Origin: Candidatus Xenobia bacterium
GTDB lineage: Bacteria; Vulcanimicrobiota; Xenobia; RGZZ01; DASYBA01
Assembly: GCA_036501005.1 (NCBI GenBank)
Contig: DASYBA010000456.1
Location: forward strand, 1-30,997
DNA length: 30,997 nt
Reading direction: 5' to 3'
The first letter of the stretch is position 1, and the number at the start of each line of letters is the position of its first letter. This document shows, piece after piece, positions 7,980 to 16,137 of the stretch. Below the pieces are notes generated by a model. It worked only from the letters and a program-made list of their open reading frames with translations. It was not told where the DNA came from and ran no database searches. Made by a program: the position numbers and the translations under genes.

Positions 7980-8618
7980 TCACCGCACCTCCGGATACCA
8001 CCGCCGAGACACTCGACCGCCGAGGCCCGCCCACGCCGCCAGCGCCAGATTGACGGCCATCTGCCGGACCGCGCCCCGCCGCACGAATCGCCGTGCCGAC
8101 GTGGTCACCGTCAGCGGCAGGACGACCGGCCCGAAACGACGCAGCCGCCGCCAGAACTCCACGTCCTCGAATGGTACCGTCTCGGAGAACCCGCCGAGCG
8201 CCTGGAACACCTCCCGTCGGACGAAGAATGCGGCGTCGCCGAAAGAGCACAGCGACCAGCGAGTGAACCCGGCATAGAAGGCGAGCAGCGGATGGGGCCG
8301 GTCAAACCGCAATCGGAAGCGACCGCCTGGAGCCGTCTGCCGTACCGCAGCCAGCGCCCCGGGGGGGAGCCGGGTATCGGCATGGAGGAACAGGATCACG
8401 TCCCCGGTCGCCACCGCGGCGCCGCGGTTCATCTGGGTGGCTCGGCCCCGAGGCGACCTCAACACGCACACGCCGGCACCAACCTGCTCGAGCGTCCCAT
8501 CGGTGCTGCCGCCGTCGACCACAATCACCTCATCGGGGCCGTGCGCCTGCAACAGGTCCAGGCTCTCTCGCACCTGGCCCGCTTCGTTGAGGACGGGCAT
8601 GACGACCGACACTCGCAT
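7980..8618 (-). CDS. Family 2 glycosyltransferase (short, about 212 aa)
   Basis: VSVVMPVLNE...VIVVDGGSTDGT...LFLHADTRLP motifs. Stop abuts the yebC stop. Confidence 0.8.
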   Translation of the reverse strand: MRVSVVMPVLNEAGQVRESLDLLQAHGPDEVIVVDGGSTDGTLEQVGAGVCVLRSPRGRATQMNRGAAVATGDVILFLHADTRLPPGALAAVRQTAPGGRFRLRFDRPHPLLAFYAGFTRWSLCSFGDAAFFVRREVFQALGGFSETVPFEDVEFWRRLRRFGPVVLPLTVTTSARRFVRRGAVRQMAVNLALAAWAGLGGRVSRRWYPEVR

Positions 8619-8659
8619 GTCGGCATCATACCCAGCCCGCGGTTTCGATAAGACAACGG

Positions 8660-9379
8660 ATGGGGGAAATGGACAGCGTGCTAGCGTGGTGGATGGCCCT
8701 CGCCCTGGCAGAAATCGGTTGGCCGCTTCGTGCCATGGGCCCGCGCCGGCCTCGATGGCAGCGAAACCTTGCCCTGGCGGCGATGGGCGGCGTCGTCGTC
8801 GCCTGCTTGGAGCAACCCCTGGTCGCCCAGGTGGCAGGCCGCGTTCCAGGGCTCTGCAGGCTCCTGCCCAGGCGCGCCCGGCGCCTGGGAGCGTGGCTTT
8901 TGATGGACTACACGATGTACGCCTGGCACGTCGCCACCCATAAAATCCCGCGCCTGTGGCGCTTCCACCGCATCCACCACCTCGACCGCGACATGGACAC
9001 CACCACCGCCCTGCGCTTCCACCTGGGGGAGATGCTGTGGTCGGTGCCCTGGAGGTTGGCGCAGGTCGTCGTGTCCGGCGCCGATGAGGGGGTCTACCGC
9101 CACTGGCAGCGCGCGCTGGCCCTCTGCATTTTGTTCCAGCACTCCAACTGGCGCCTCCCCGTCCGTGTCGATCGAGGGCTCGCCCGCTGGATCATCACCC
9201 CTCGCCTGCACGGCGTCCACCACGGCCGCGACGACCAGGACGTCAACTGGGGCAGCACGCTGGCCATCTGGGACCTGCTGCACCACACCTGGCGTTGGAA
9301 GGCCAGTGCCCAGCCGGTCGGACTGGATGGCGAGCCGGACCTGCCCGTCCCTGCCCTGCTCGAAGCCCCGTGGGCCTGA
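8660..9379 (+). CDS. Fatty acid hydroxylase / sterol desaturase superfamily membrane protein
   Basis: His boxes HVATH, HRIHHLD, HGVHHGRD and a terminal HH. Hydrophobic segments present. Start may be ATG 8669 instead. Confidence 0.75.
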   Translation: MGEMDSVLAWWMALALAEIGWPLRAMGPRRPRWQRNLALAAMGGVVVACLEQPLVAQVAGRVPGLCRLLPRRARRLGAWLLMDYTMYAWHVATHKIPRLWRFHRIHHLDRDMDTTTALRFHLGEMLWSVPWRLAQVVVSGADEGVYRHWQRALALCILFQHSNWRLPVRVDRGLARWIITPRLHGVHHGRDDQDVNWGSTLAIWDLLHHTWRWKASAQPVGLDGEPDLPVPALLEAPWA

Positions 9380-9433
9380 AGTTTTGCCTTTTGGCAACAT
9401 ATCGAAGAACGGCTCCAGCTATACTCACCATGG

Positions 9434-10249
9434 ATGATTCGAGAGTTCTTTCACCACCGGCTCCAACCCCAGGCTACCATGGATGGCCTCATGCAGGCAG
9501 CGCGGGCATCGACCCCTGACTGGACGCCTTCGACCCCCCTGTCCGACATTCGCAACGCCCACGTCACCAACACGCCGGCCGAGATGGAGACCGCCTTGCG
9601 CGGCGACGCCAACTGCCTGGAGGCCGACGTCCGGCTAGCGGGGGACGTCCGCCCCATGCCGGGCTATCGAAACCGCCCCGTCATCGCAGCCCACTGGGAC
9701 TGGGACACGCATGGCCTGACCTTGCCGGAGTGGTTGAAGGTGGGAAGTGCCTCTGGCCGCATGCTCAAACTGGACTTCAAGAGTGCGGCGGCCATCCGCC
9801 CGGCTTTGAAAGATTTGAAGGCGTCGGGCATCCCCGGCGAGCGGTTGATGCTGAACGGCGGCATCGACCTGCGCCGGGGCACGTCGCCTCTCGGCATCGC
9901 GATGTCAGTGCACAACCTCTTCTTTGCCAGCCACACCTCGGTCGGCATCTTGCAAGAGATGCGGAGGGCCTACCCGTCAGCCCTCATCGCCCTGTCGCCT
10001 TCCCACCAACCCCGCGCCGAACGCGACTATCGAAAAATCAGCGACTGCGCGACCGCGGTGGGTGGACCGCTGACCTTTCCGTTGGCCGCCAGCATGGTCG
10101 ACGAGGAAGTCGTCCGCCGGCTGAAGCCCTACGGCAGCGTATCGGTCTATGCCAGCGAGGGGTCTTTCAAAGTGACCGACGTGGCCAAGGACACCGAACA
10201 TTTCCGTCGCATGGGCGTGGACGGGGTCATCGACCTCGCCCAGCACTGA
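9434..10249 (+). CDS. Hypothetical protein, possibly PLC-like / GDPD-like phosphodiesterase fold (DUF2181/FAM151-like)
   Basis: NAHVTNTPAEMETALRGDANCLEADVRL has the H...E...E/D spacing typical of glycerophosphodiester phosphodiesterase-like folds. Weak call by motif only. Confidence 0.45.
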   Translation: MIREFFHHRLQPQATMDGLMQAARASTPDWTPSTPLSDIRNAHVTNTPAEMETALRGDANCLEADVRLAGDVRPMPGYRNRPVIAAHWDWDTHGLTLPEWLKVGSASGRMLKLDFKSAAAIRPALKDLKASGIPGERLMLNGGIDLRRGTSPLGIAMSVHNLFFASHTSVGILQEMRRAYPSALIALSPSHQPRAERDYRKISDCATAVGGPLTFPLAASMVDEEVVRRLKPYGSVSVYASEGSFKVTDVAKDTEHFRRMGVDGVIDLAQH

Positions 10250-11644
10250 CCTCCAGGCGGCGCACCAGGCGGACCACGTCCTCCTCTGTCGTTCGATAGT
10301 TGGTGACGCATGCTCGCAATACGGGGCGCCCTCCGCCCAGTCGCGTGGTGGAGATCCAGGCGTCGCCGGAGGCCACCACCGTGCGGGCCAGGGCCTCCAG
10401 ATACGGGAGCGTCCCCCCGTCAGGATGCTCGCCGTCGACAAAGCAGACCAGCGGCAGTCGCGTCTGGTTGACGACCCGCCAGCCGTATCGAGTGAGCTCC
10501 GTGCGGAGAAACTCGCCGACGGCGGTCTGGTGGCGCAAAGCCTGGGCGTAGCCCTCCCAGCCCGCGACGGCCAGGGACATGAGGACCTTCAACCCCATGA
10601 AGCGGCGAGACCACTGCAGAGAGTGTCGATAGGGGTCGACGTGGTCGGCCTCTCTGGGCATGTAGCTGGCCTCCATGTCGAACGTCTGCTCGAGAATGTG
10701 GACATGGCGGGTCAGGTACATGCCGGCCCCCATGGGCACCGACAACCACTTATGGGCATCGAAGGCGATGGAGTCGGCTTGTTCGATCCCGGCCAGCAAA
10801 GCCTGGAGCTCGGGGACCAGAACGGCCGCCCCTCCCCAGGCCGCGTCCACGTGGAACCACAGCCCTTCGGCGCGAGCCAGGGCCGCCAGACGGGGCAGCG
10901 GATCGATGGCGCCGCCGCTGGTCGTCCCCGCCTCGTGCCCACCACCATGAAGGGGGTTTTGCCGGCACGGCGGTCCTCCTCGATGGCGCGGGTGAGGGCG
11001 GCGACGTCCAGGGTCTGGTCCTCCCCGACCGGGACCTCTCGTAGCCCGGCCGCCCCGAGACCCGACACGCGGGCCGCCTTGTGGAACGAGTGGTGGGCCT
11101 GTTCCGATACGTATAGAACGGGCCGCAGCCCGGTCAGCCCTTCGGTGGCAAATTGCGGAAACGACTGCGTCAGTGCCGTCAGAACCGCCGTGTGGTTCGC
11201 CTCGGTGCCCCCGGAGGTGAAGGTGCCGTCTGTGGCCGCGTATCCGAAACGACTGCCGAAGGTCTGGATGACGTGCCGTTCCGCGGCGTTGGCAAACGGA
11301 CTGTGGCTCCACGAGGCCAGTTGCGGATTGAAGGCGGCCACCAGGGTGTCGGCCGCCACCCCCATGGTCGTCGGGGCCGGATTGAAGAGCCCAAAATAAC
11401 CTGGGTGCGACGTGTGGACCTGATCCACCTCCAGCCCTCGAGTGACGTGCGCGACGACCTCCTCCGGCGCCATGGGCCGGCCGAAGTCAAACGGGGCGAG
11501 CAGTTCCGCCGCTCGGTCTCGGGAGGGCGCCACGGGGAAGGTCTCGACCTCAGCGAGGAACTTTTCGACCTCGGATGAGACCCGCTCCCATAGGAGCTGT
11601 CGCTCCCGAGACTCGAGGGTCAGGCGGTCAGGGCTGCTGGGCAA
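10227..11644 (-). pseudogene. Group II pyridoxal-phosphate-dependent amino acid decarboxylase, split by a frameshift near 10930-10940
   Basis: N-terminal part in frame 10712..11644 (SHPGYFGLFNP, FTSGGTEANHTAV, ...PFMVVGT). C-terminal part in frame 10227..11312 (AGTTSGGAIDPL, FHVDAAWGG, FDAHKWLSVPMGAGM with the PLP lysine). The joined reading PFMVVGT-AGTTSGGAIDPL matches the family (compare GAD ATAGTTVYGAFDPL). The local sequence ggcacg-ag-gcggggacgacc needs a 1-nt addition or 2-nt removal to restore the frame. Confidence 0.7.
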
Positions 11645-12161
11645 TCTGCTGCAGAGCGGCGTATCGAGCCTGCGCGGAGTCGGTATATTGGAGGCCGCCC
11701 ACGTTGGTCTGATCCCACGCCGACTTCGCCAGCGAACGCTGCACGTCGGTGCACTGCTGATTGGTGGAGATGGCCAGCAGGGCGTCGCCCGTCATGGCGT
11801 CGGCATCGGGCCACTGGTTGGCCGGGCTGTAGGCGTTCATGCCGACGACGGCCATGACGTGGCCTATCGAACCTGCCACGTGGTTGGCGATGGCAGAGGC
11901 CGCCGCATAACGCGCCTGCGCCGAATTCTGATACTGCATGCCGCCGTGGTTGCCCATGTTCCACCCGAGCCGGGCGATGGTCTTCTCGTCGGGCGTCGTG
12001 TCGTTGTTGCTGAGGATGGAATTAAGTCCGTTGCCCATGAAGACGTCGGCGTCGGGCCACTGGGTGGCCCCGTCGTAAGAGCGCATGGCCTCGGCGGCGA
12101 GTGCGCCCCCGACCTGGCTGTATTGAACCGCGGCGGGCGCGGCGGCAGTAATGGTAGACAT
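11628..12161 (-). CDS. Hypothetical protein with internal tandem duplication of an about 62-aa module (QWPDAD...SAQARYAA)
   Basis: ATG 12161 with AAGGAGA 6 nt upstream. Repeat 1 ATQWPDADVFMGNG...QNSAQARYAAASAIANH. Repeat 2 ANQWPDADAMTGDA...TDSAQARYAALQQIAQ. The ORF-track 364-aa version is rejected because its N-terminal 187 aa are antisense to ruvC. Confidence 0.55.
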   Translation of the reverse strand: MSTITAAAPAAVQYSQVGGALAAEAMRSYDGATQWPDADVFMGNGLNSILSNNDTTPDEKTIARLGWNMGNHGGMQYQNSAQARYAAASAIANHVAGSIGHVMAVVGMNAYSPANQWPDADAMTGDALLAISTNQQCTDVQRSLAKSAWDQTNVGGLQYTDSAQARYAALQQIAQQP

Positions 12162-12269
12162 TTTGTATCTCCTTCTCTCCGCCTGCATTCTATGTACGGA
12201 AAGATGCCCAGTTGTTACCGGCGTGTTAACAGGCAGGATATGGCGGCGGGTGCTTGAAGATTCCTCAAG

Positions 12270-12758
12270 ATGATCATCCTCGGCATCGACCCGGGCACCG
12301 CCACCACCGGCTACGGCGTCATCGAAATGGATGGCGACAGTTGCAAGACCCTGGACTACGGCTGCATTCGCACCACGCCCGACCGCAGCCGGCAGGACCG
12401 GCTGAAGATCATCCACGGGCAGATGCTGGCCATCCTGGACCGCTGGCAGCCGGATGTCATGGCCATCGAGCAGCTCTTCTTCAACCGCAACACCAGCACC
12501 GCCATGGTGGTGGGCGAGGCTCGCGGCGTGATGCTGTTGGCGGCCTCCATGCGAGAAGTGTCCGTCGCGGAATACACCCCGATGGTCGTGAAGCAGGCCC
12601 TGGTGGGGTACGGACGGGCGTCGAAGTCGCAGGTCGAGGACATGGTCCAACTGGAACTGGGCCTCAAGAAAGCCCCCAAGCCGGACGACGTATCGGATGC
12701 CCTCGCCATCGCCCTGACCCACTGCTTTCTCGGAGCCCGCCTGCCCAAAGCCGTCTAG
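12270..12758 (+). CDS. ruvC: Crossover junction endodeoxyribonuclease RuvC
   Basis: MIILGIDPGTATTGYGVIE... catalytic Asp/Glu pattern. Upstream of ruvAB. Confidence 0.95.
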   Translation: MIILGIDPGTATTGYGVIEMDGDSCKTLDYGCIRTTPDRSRQDRLKIIHGQMLAILDRWQPDVMAIEQLFFNRNTSTAMVVGEARGVMLLAASMREVSVAEYTPMVVKQALVGYGRASKSQVEDMVQLELGLKKAPKPDDVSDALAIALTHCFLGARLPKAV

Positions 12759-12979
12759 CGGCCTTTCAAGAGCCCCACGATCTCTTCGGGCGTCGGCATG
12801 TGGCCGGCCTCCCGTTTGGAAAAGACCTTCTGGCCATCGACCCGAACGTCGAGAACCCCGGGGGCGGCCATGGCCAGTTGGGCTTCAATGCCCAGTTCGG
12901 CCCGAATGGCTTCCTGCAAGCGCACGGCTTGCGCCTTGATGTCGGGTCAAATAAAGCAGCGCTTGATTTCGACTTCCAT
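12755..12979 (-). CDS. SelW/Rdx-family small redox protein, predicted selenoprotein (CxxU, Sec at in-frame TGA 12947-12949 on the minus strand)
   Basis: Minus-strand translation gives MEVEIKRCFI-U-PDIKAQAVRLQEAIRAELGIEAQLAMAAPGVLDVRVDGQKVFSKREAGHMPTPEEIVGLLKGR. This matches the bacterial Rdx pattern (IEI.YC..C/U ... G.GGVFEI.VDGELIWSRK..G.FP.PKEL). GGAGG sits 4 nt upstream of ATG 12979. Candidate SECIS-like hairpin GCAAGC-cgugc-GCUUGC begins about 15 nt after the UGA. Stop TAG shares the CTAG tetranucleotide with the ruvC stop. Confidence 0.7.
12917..12933 (-). promoter_or_regulatory. Candidate bacterial SECIS-like stem-loop downstream of the in-frame UGA
   Basis: Minus-strand GCAAGC/GCUUGC 6-bp stem. 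Loop contains GU. Positioned 15-31 nt after the UGA. Structure not computed. Confidence 0.35.
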
Positions 12980-13218
12980 GTTCCCTCCTATAGGGCGGTT
13001 TTCAACCAGACTTGGAATGTGGTCATTATTGTAGCCTCGCCAGTCCGTCGAAAGCAATACCCTGTCTTCCGTCCTGAGTGCCATGGGGTCGACCTCCTGA
13101 TGCTGAGCATGGCATGGCGCCCCCTTTTCCTGTCATGGGGGCAGGGGAAGCATACTCGGGCGTCATTTCCAGCTTCTTGCCCGGTCATGGCCAAAGGCCG
13201 CGAAAGTGTTGCAGGAAG

Positions 13219-13464
13219 ATGTCCAGGAAGCCGGGGGAGGGCGACGTAGTACCGCGCGTGCAGCCGACCGAGTCTGATTTCGTAGTCCTTCACCAGGGCA
13301 TTCCGAGGCTTCGCGACAGTGGCATAGCGGTGCGCGAGGTTTTTCAACTGTGGCGGTCCGGGGTCAACATGGCGGACATCCCGGGGCGCCTGCCGGCGCT
13401 ATCTGTCGCCGAGGTCTTCGCCGCCTTGCGATACGCCCGAGACCATGAGGATCAGCTCTCGTGA
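13219..13464 (+). CDS. DUF433 family protein (antitoxin-like small HTH-containing domain), orphan
   Basis: DFVVLHQGIPRLRDSGIAVREVFQLWRSGVNMADIPGRLPALSVAEVFAALRYA matches the DUF433 consensus. Start ATG 13219 is uncertain and upstream in-frame codons exist. Stop overlaps the ruvA GTG (GTGA). Confidence 0.6.
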   Translation: MSRKPGEGDVVPRVQPTESDFVVLHQGIPRLRDSGIAVREVFQLWRSGVNMADIPGRLPALSVAEVFAALRYARDHEDQLS

Positions 13465-14072
13465 TCAACCATCTCACGGGCACCCTTGAGGCGGTCGAGA
13501 AAGGCACGGTCGTGGTGGATGTCGGCGGGGTCGGCTTCAGCGTGCAGATGGCCGCCGACCCCGACACGCTGTCCAGGTGGAGTCGCCAGGTGGGCACCGC
13601 GGTCAAGGTCTACACGCACCTGGCCGTGCGCGAAGACGACATGTCGTTGTATGGTTTCCGCTCGCCGCAGGACCGGGCGCTCTTCCGCCTGCTCCTGGGC
13701 GTCAGCGGCGTGGGCCCGAAGGCCGCCACCTCGGTGCTGTCGTCTCTCGACGCCGCGGCCCTCATGACCGCCATCCTGGGCGAGAACGTCAACCTGCTCA
13801 AGAAAATAACGGGCATCGGTCCCAAGACGGCGCAGCGCATCGTGCTGGAACTGAAGGACAAGGTGCGCAAGATGGGCGTGGTCGAAGGGTCGATGGCAGA
13901 GCGGCCCGAGGATCGGGCCATCGCCGAGGTGGTGGAAGTGCTCGAAAGCCTGGGCTGCGCCCCTGACCAGGCCGACAAGGTCGCCCGGCAGGGCCTGGCG
14001 CGACTGGGGCCGTCGGCCGGTTTCGATACGCTCCTGTCGGCTTGTCTCAAGCAGTTGTCGGAGGCCCGCTAG
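13461..14072 (+). CDS. ruvA: Holliday junction DNA helicase subunit RuvA
   Basis: GTG start. INHLTGTL...GVGF...LLGVSGVGPKAA (HhH motifs). C-terminal domain III. Confidence 0.95.
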   Translation: MINHLTGTLEAVEKGTVVVDVGGVGFSVQMAADPDTLSRWSRQVGTAVKVYTHLAVREDDMSLYGFRSPQDRALFRLLLGVSGVGPKAATSVLSSLDAAALMTAILGENVNLLKKITGIGPKTAQRIVLELKDKVRKMGVVEGSMAERPEDRAIAEVVEVLESLGCAPDQADKVARQGLARLGPSAGFDTLLSACLKQLSEAR

Positions 14073-15080
14073 ATGCGCATGCTGAGCGGCGACAAGAAAG
14101 AAGAGGAGGCCCGCTACGACGTCGCACTCCGGCCGAAGACGCTGGCAGAATATATCGGACAGGAGCGCATCAAGGAGAACCTCAAAGTCTTCATCCAGGC
14201 GGCCCGCCAACGCGGCGAACCCCTCGATCACGTGCTGCTGTTCGGACCCCCGGGGCTGGGCAAGACGACGCTGTCGAACGTCATTGCAAAAGAACTCGAG
14301 GTGCAGATCAAGGCGACCTCGGGACCGGCCATGGAGCGAGCCATCGATCTCCTGGTGGTGCTGGGCAACCTGGCGGAAAAGGACGTCCTCTTCATCGATG
14401 AAATCCATCGACTCCCCCGGGTGGTCGAGGAGATTCTCTACCCCGCCATGGAAGACTTCACGTTCGATAGGGTCATCGGCAAGGGGCAGGCGGAGCGGAC
14501 CCGCAAGATCCAGTTGCCCCCCTTCACCCTGGTGGGGGCGACCACCCGGGCGGGCGCCATCTCTTCACCCCTGCGGGGACGCTTCGGGATTGTCCTCACC
14601 CTCGACTACTATAGCGCCGAGAGTCTGCAGGACATCGTGACCCGCAGCGCCGGCCTGCTCGGCATTCCGATATCGGAGGAGGGGGCCCGAGAAATCGCGG
14701 TCCGAGCCCGGGGCACGCCCCGCATCGCCAATCGATTGCTCCGGCGTGTGCGGGACTTCGCCCAGGTGCGAAACGATCCCGAGATCAGCCGGGCGACGGC
14801 CGACTATGCCCTGCAACAGCTAGGGGTCGACCCGTTGGGCCTGGACGAGGTGGACCGGCGCATTCTCGACGTCCTGGTGAAGATGTACGCCGGGCGTCCC
14901 GTGGGCCTCGATACGCTGGCGGCCATGGTGCACGAAGAGTCCAATACCATTGAGGAAGTCTACGAGCCGTATCTCTTGCAGAAAGGCTTCCTGCAAAGAA
15001 CGCCTCGGGGCCGGGCGGCGGCGCCCAAGGCGTTCGAGTATCTGCGGGTGGCGCCCCCTCCGGAGCAGTTGGGCTTCTAG
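14073..15080 (+). CDS. ruvB: Holliday junction DNA helicase RuvB (AAA+ ATPase)
   Basis: Walker [11 protein letters not shown], Walker [10 protein letters not shown], sensor residues. ATG immediately after the ruvA stop. Confidence 0.97.
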   Translation: MRMLSGDKKEEEARYDVALRPKTLAEYIGQERIKENLKVFIQAARQRGEPLDHVLLFGPPGLGKTTLSNVIAKELEVQIKATSGPAMERAIDLLVVLGNLAEKDVLFIDEIHRLPRVVEEILYPAMEDFTFDRVIGKGQAERTRKIQLPPFTLVGATTRAGAISSPLRGRFGIVLTLDYYSAESLQDIVTRSAGLLGIPISEEGAREIAVRARGTPRIANRLLRRVRDFAQVRNDPEISRATADYALQQLGVDPLGLDEVDRRILDVLVKMYAGRPVGLDTLAAMVHEESNTIEEVYEPYLLQKGFLQRTPRGRAAAPKAFEYLRVAPPPEQLGF

Positions 15081-16111
15081 GCTCTACGACGCCGATCGGC
15101 GTGGAGACAGAGCCCCACCAGCAACACGGCGACGGCCAAAGGAGCCGCGTGTGGGTCAACTTCCGGGGCGGCGGCCGGTCCTACGAACACAAAGGGGTCA
15201 ATGGACGCTCGGAATAGTGCGAAGCCTGGCGTGCCATTGGCAGGGAAACAAAGCGAGACCTGGGCGGTGTCAAAAAATTGCAGATCGGAGTACAGATTCC
15301 CGCATGGCGTGGTAAAAAAACCCGGGTGATAGACGGCCGTGCTGCTGCAGCAGATGGGCAATTGGCCGCACTCGGCGGGAAAGACGCACAGTCCGCTCAA
15401 ACAGGTGGGTGCCGTCACCACCATGTAGCAAACGCCTTCAGGACAGACGCCGCTAAAACATTGGCCTCCGAACGTCACCCGCGCGAAGGTTGAGGCGCGT
15501 CCGGTCCAGGTGGGACCGGGGCAGGAGCAGGCCGGGGTCGGACTGGGTATGACGAAACCTTGGGAAAAACCACAGGCACAAGCGGCCACATCATAGGTTT
15601 GCCCCGGTTGGAGCAAGATCGGCTGAAAGACCTTCATGCTCACGCGGGCACTGGCAGACTCCGCGGCGGTCGGGCAAGCTGTTGGACCAGTCCCGCGGCA
15701 GGCAGTCGGGCAATTGCACGCGACAGCGCCAGCCGTCAGTGTTAGAAAGCCGAAACTGTTGCAGACGCAGGTTCCCACCCTGATACAACTGCTGGAGTTT
15801 GGCCGGATGCTTGAGCGGAAGGCCTGGAGGCTGCCTTTTTGGCAGTACCTGCCGTACCAGCAGAAAATGCTGCCATAGGACCCGCTCGTGGTTCTACTCC
15901 CAGGAAAGCAGGTGTTGCCAAAGCAAGGCTGGGGGCCGTAGAAGCAGAAATTGCTCACGAGATTCCGGGCAGGGCAAAGGCAGGGGCCATAGCAACAAGC
16001 CGGTGCCAGGGCACCAAACGTCGGCGTCGCGGTCGCGGGCCCGACACTGCTCAACCACCACAGCAAGCCCACCAGAACCCCGAGTATCGATCGAATCAGC
16101 GATATCCGCAC
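15077..16111 (-). CDS. Cysteine-rich secreted protein with C-terminal PEP-CTERM-like sorting signal (PEVD motif, hydrophobic helix, RRRRA)
   Basis: GTG 16111 with AGGAGG about 7 nt upstream. Signal peptide [28 protein letters not shown]. About 40 Cys. C-terminus [34 protein letters not shown]. Stop shares CTAG with the ruvB stop. Confidence 0.6.
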   Translation of the reverse strand: MRISLIRSILGVLVGLLWWLSSVGPATATPTFGALAPACCYGPCLCPARNLVSNFCFYGPQPCFGNTCFPGSRTTSGSYGSIFCWYGRYCQKGSLQAFRSSIRPNSSSCIRVGTCVCNSFGFLTLTAGAVACNCPTACRGTGPTACPTAAESASARVSMKVFQPILLQPGQTYDVAACACGFSQGFVIPSPTPACSCPGPTWTGRASTFARVTFGGQCFSGVCPEGVCYMVVTAPTCLSGLCVFPAECGQLPICCSSTAVYHPGFFTTPCGNLYSDLQFFDTAQVSLCFPANGTPGFALFRASIDPFVFVGPAAAPEVDPHAAPLAVAVLLVGLCLHADRRRRA

Positions 16112-16137
16112 CGCACCACCTCCTTTTTTCGGAACCT

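Noticed and set aside
8681-9400. 239-aa minus ORF
   Set aside because: Antisense to the sterol desaturase-family gene, which has the His boxes.
11628-12722. 364-aa version of the tandem-repeat protein
   Set aside because: The N-terminal 187 aa overlap ruvC on the opposite strand and look random. The internal ATG at 12161 has a strong RBS.
12798-13034. 78-aa plus ORF
   Set aside because: Opposite strand of the SelW-like gene. It appears only because the true gene is interrupted by UGA (Sec).
12988-13347. 119-aa minus ORF
   Set aside because: Antisense to DUF433. Arg-rich and nonsense-like.
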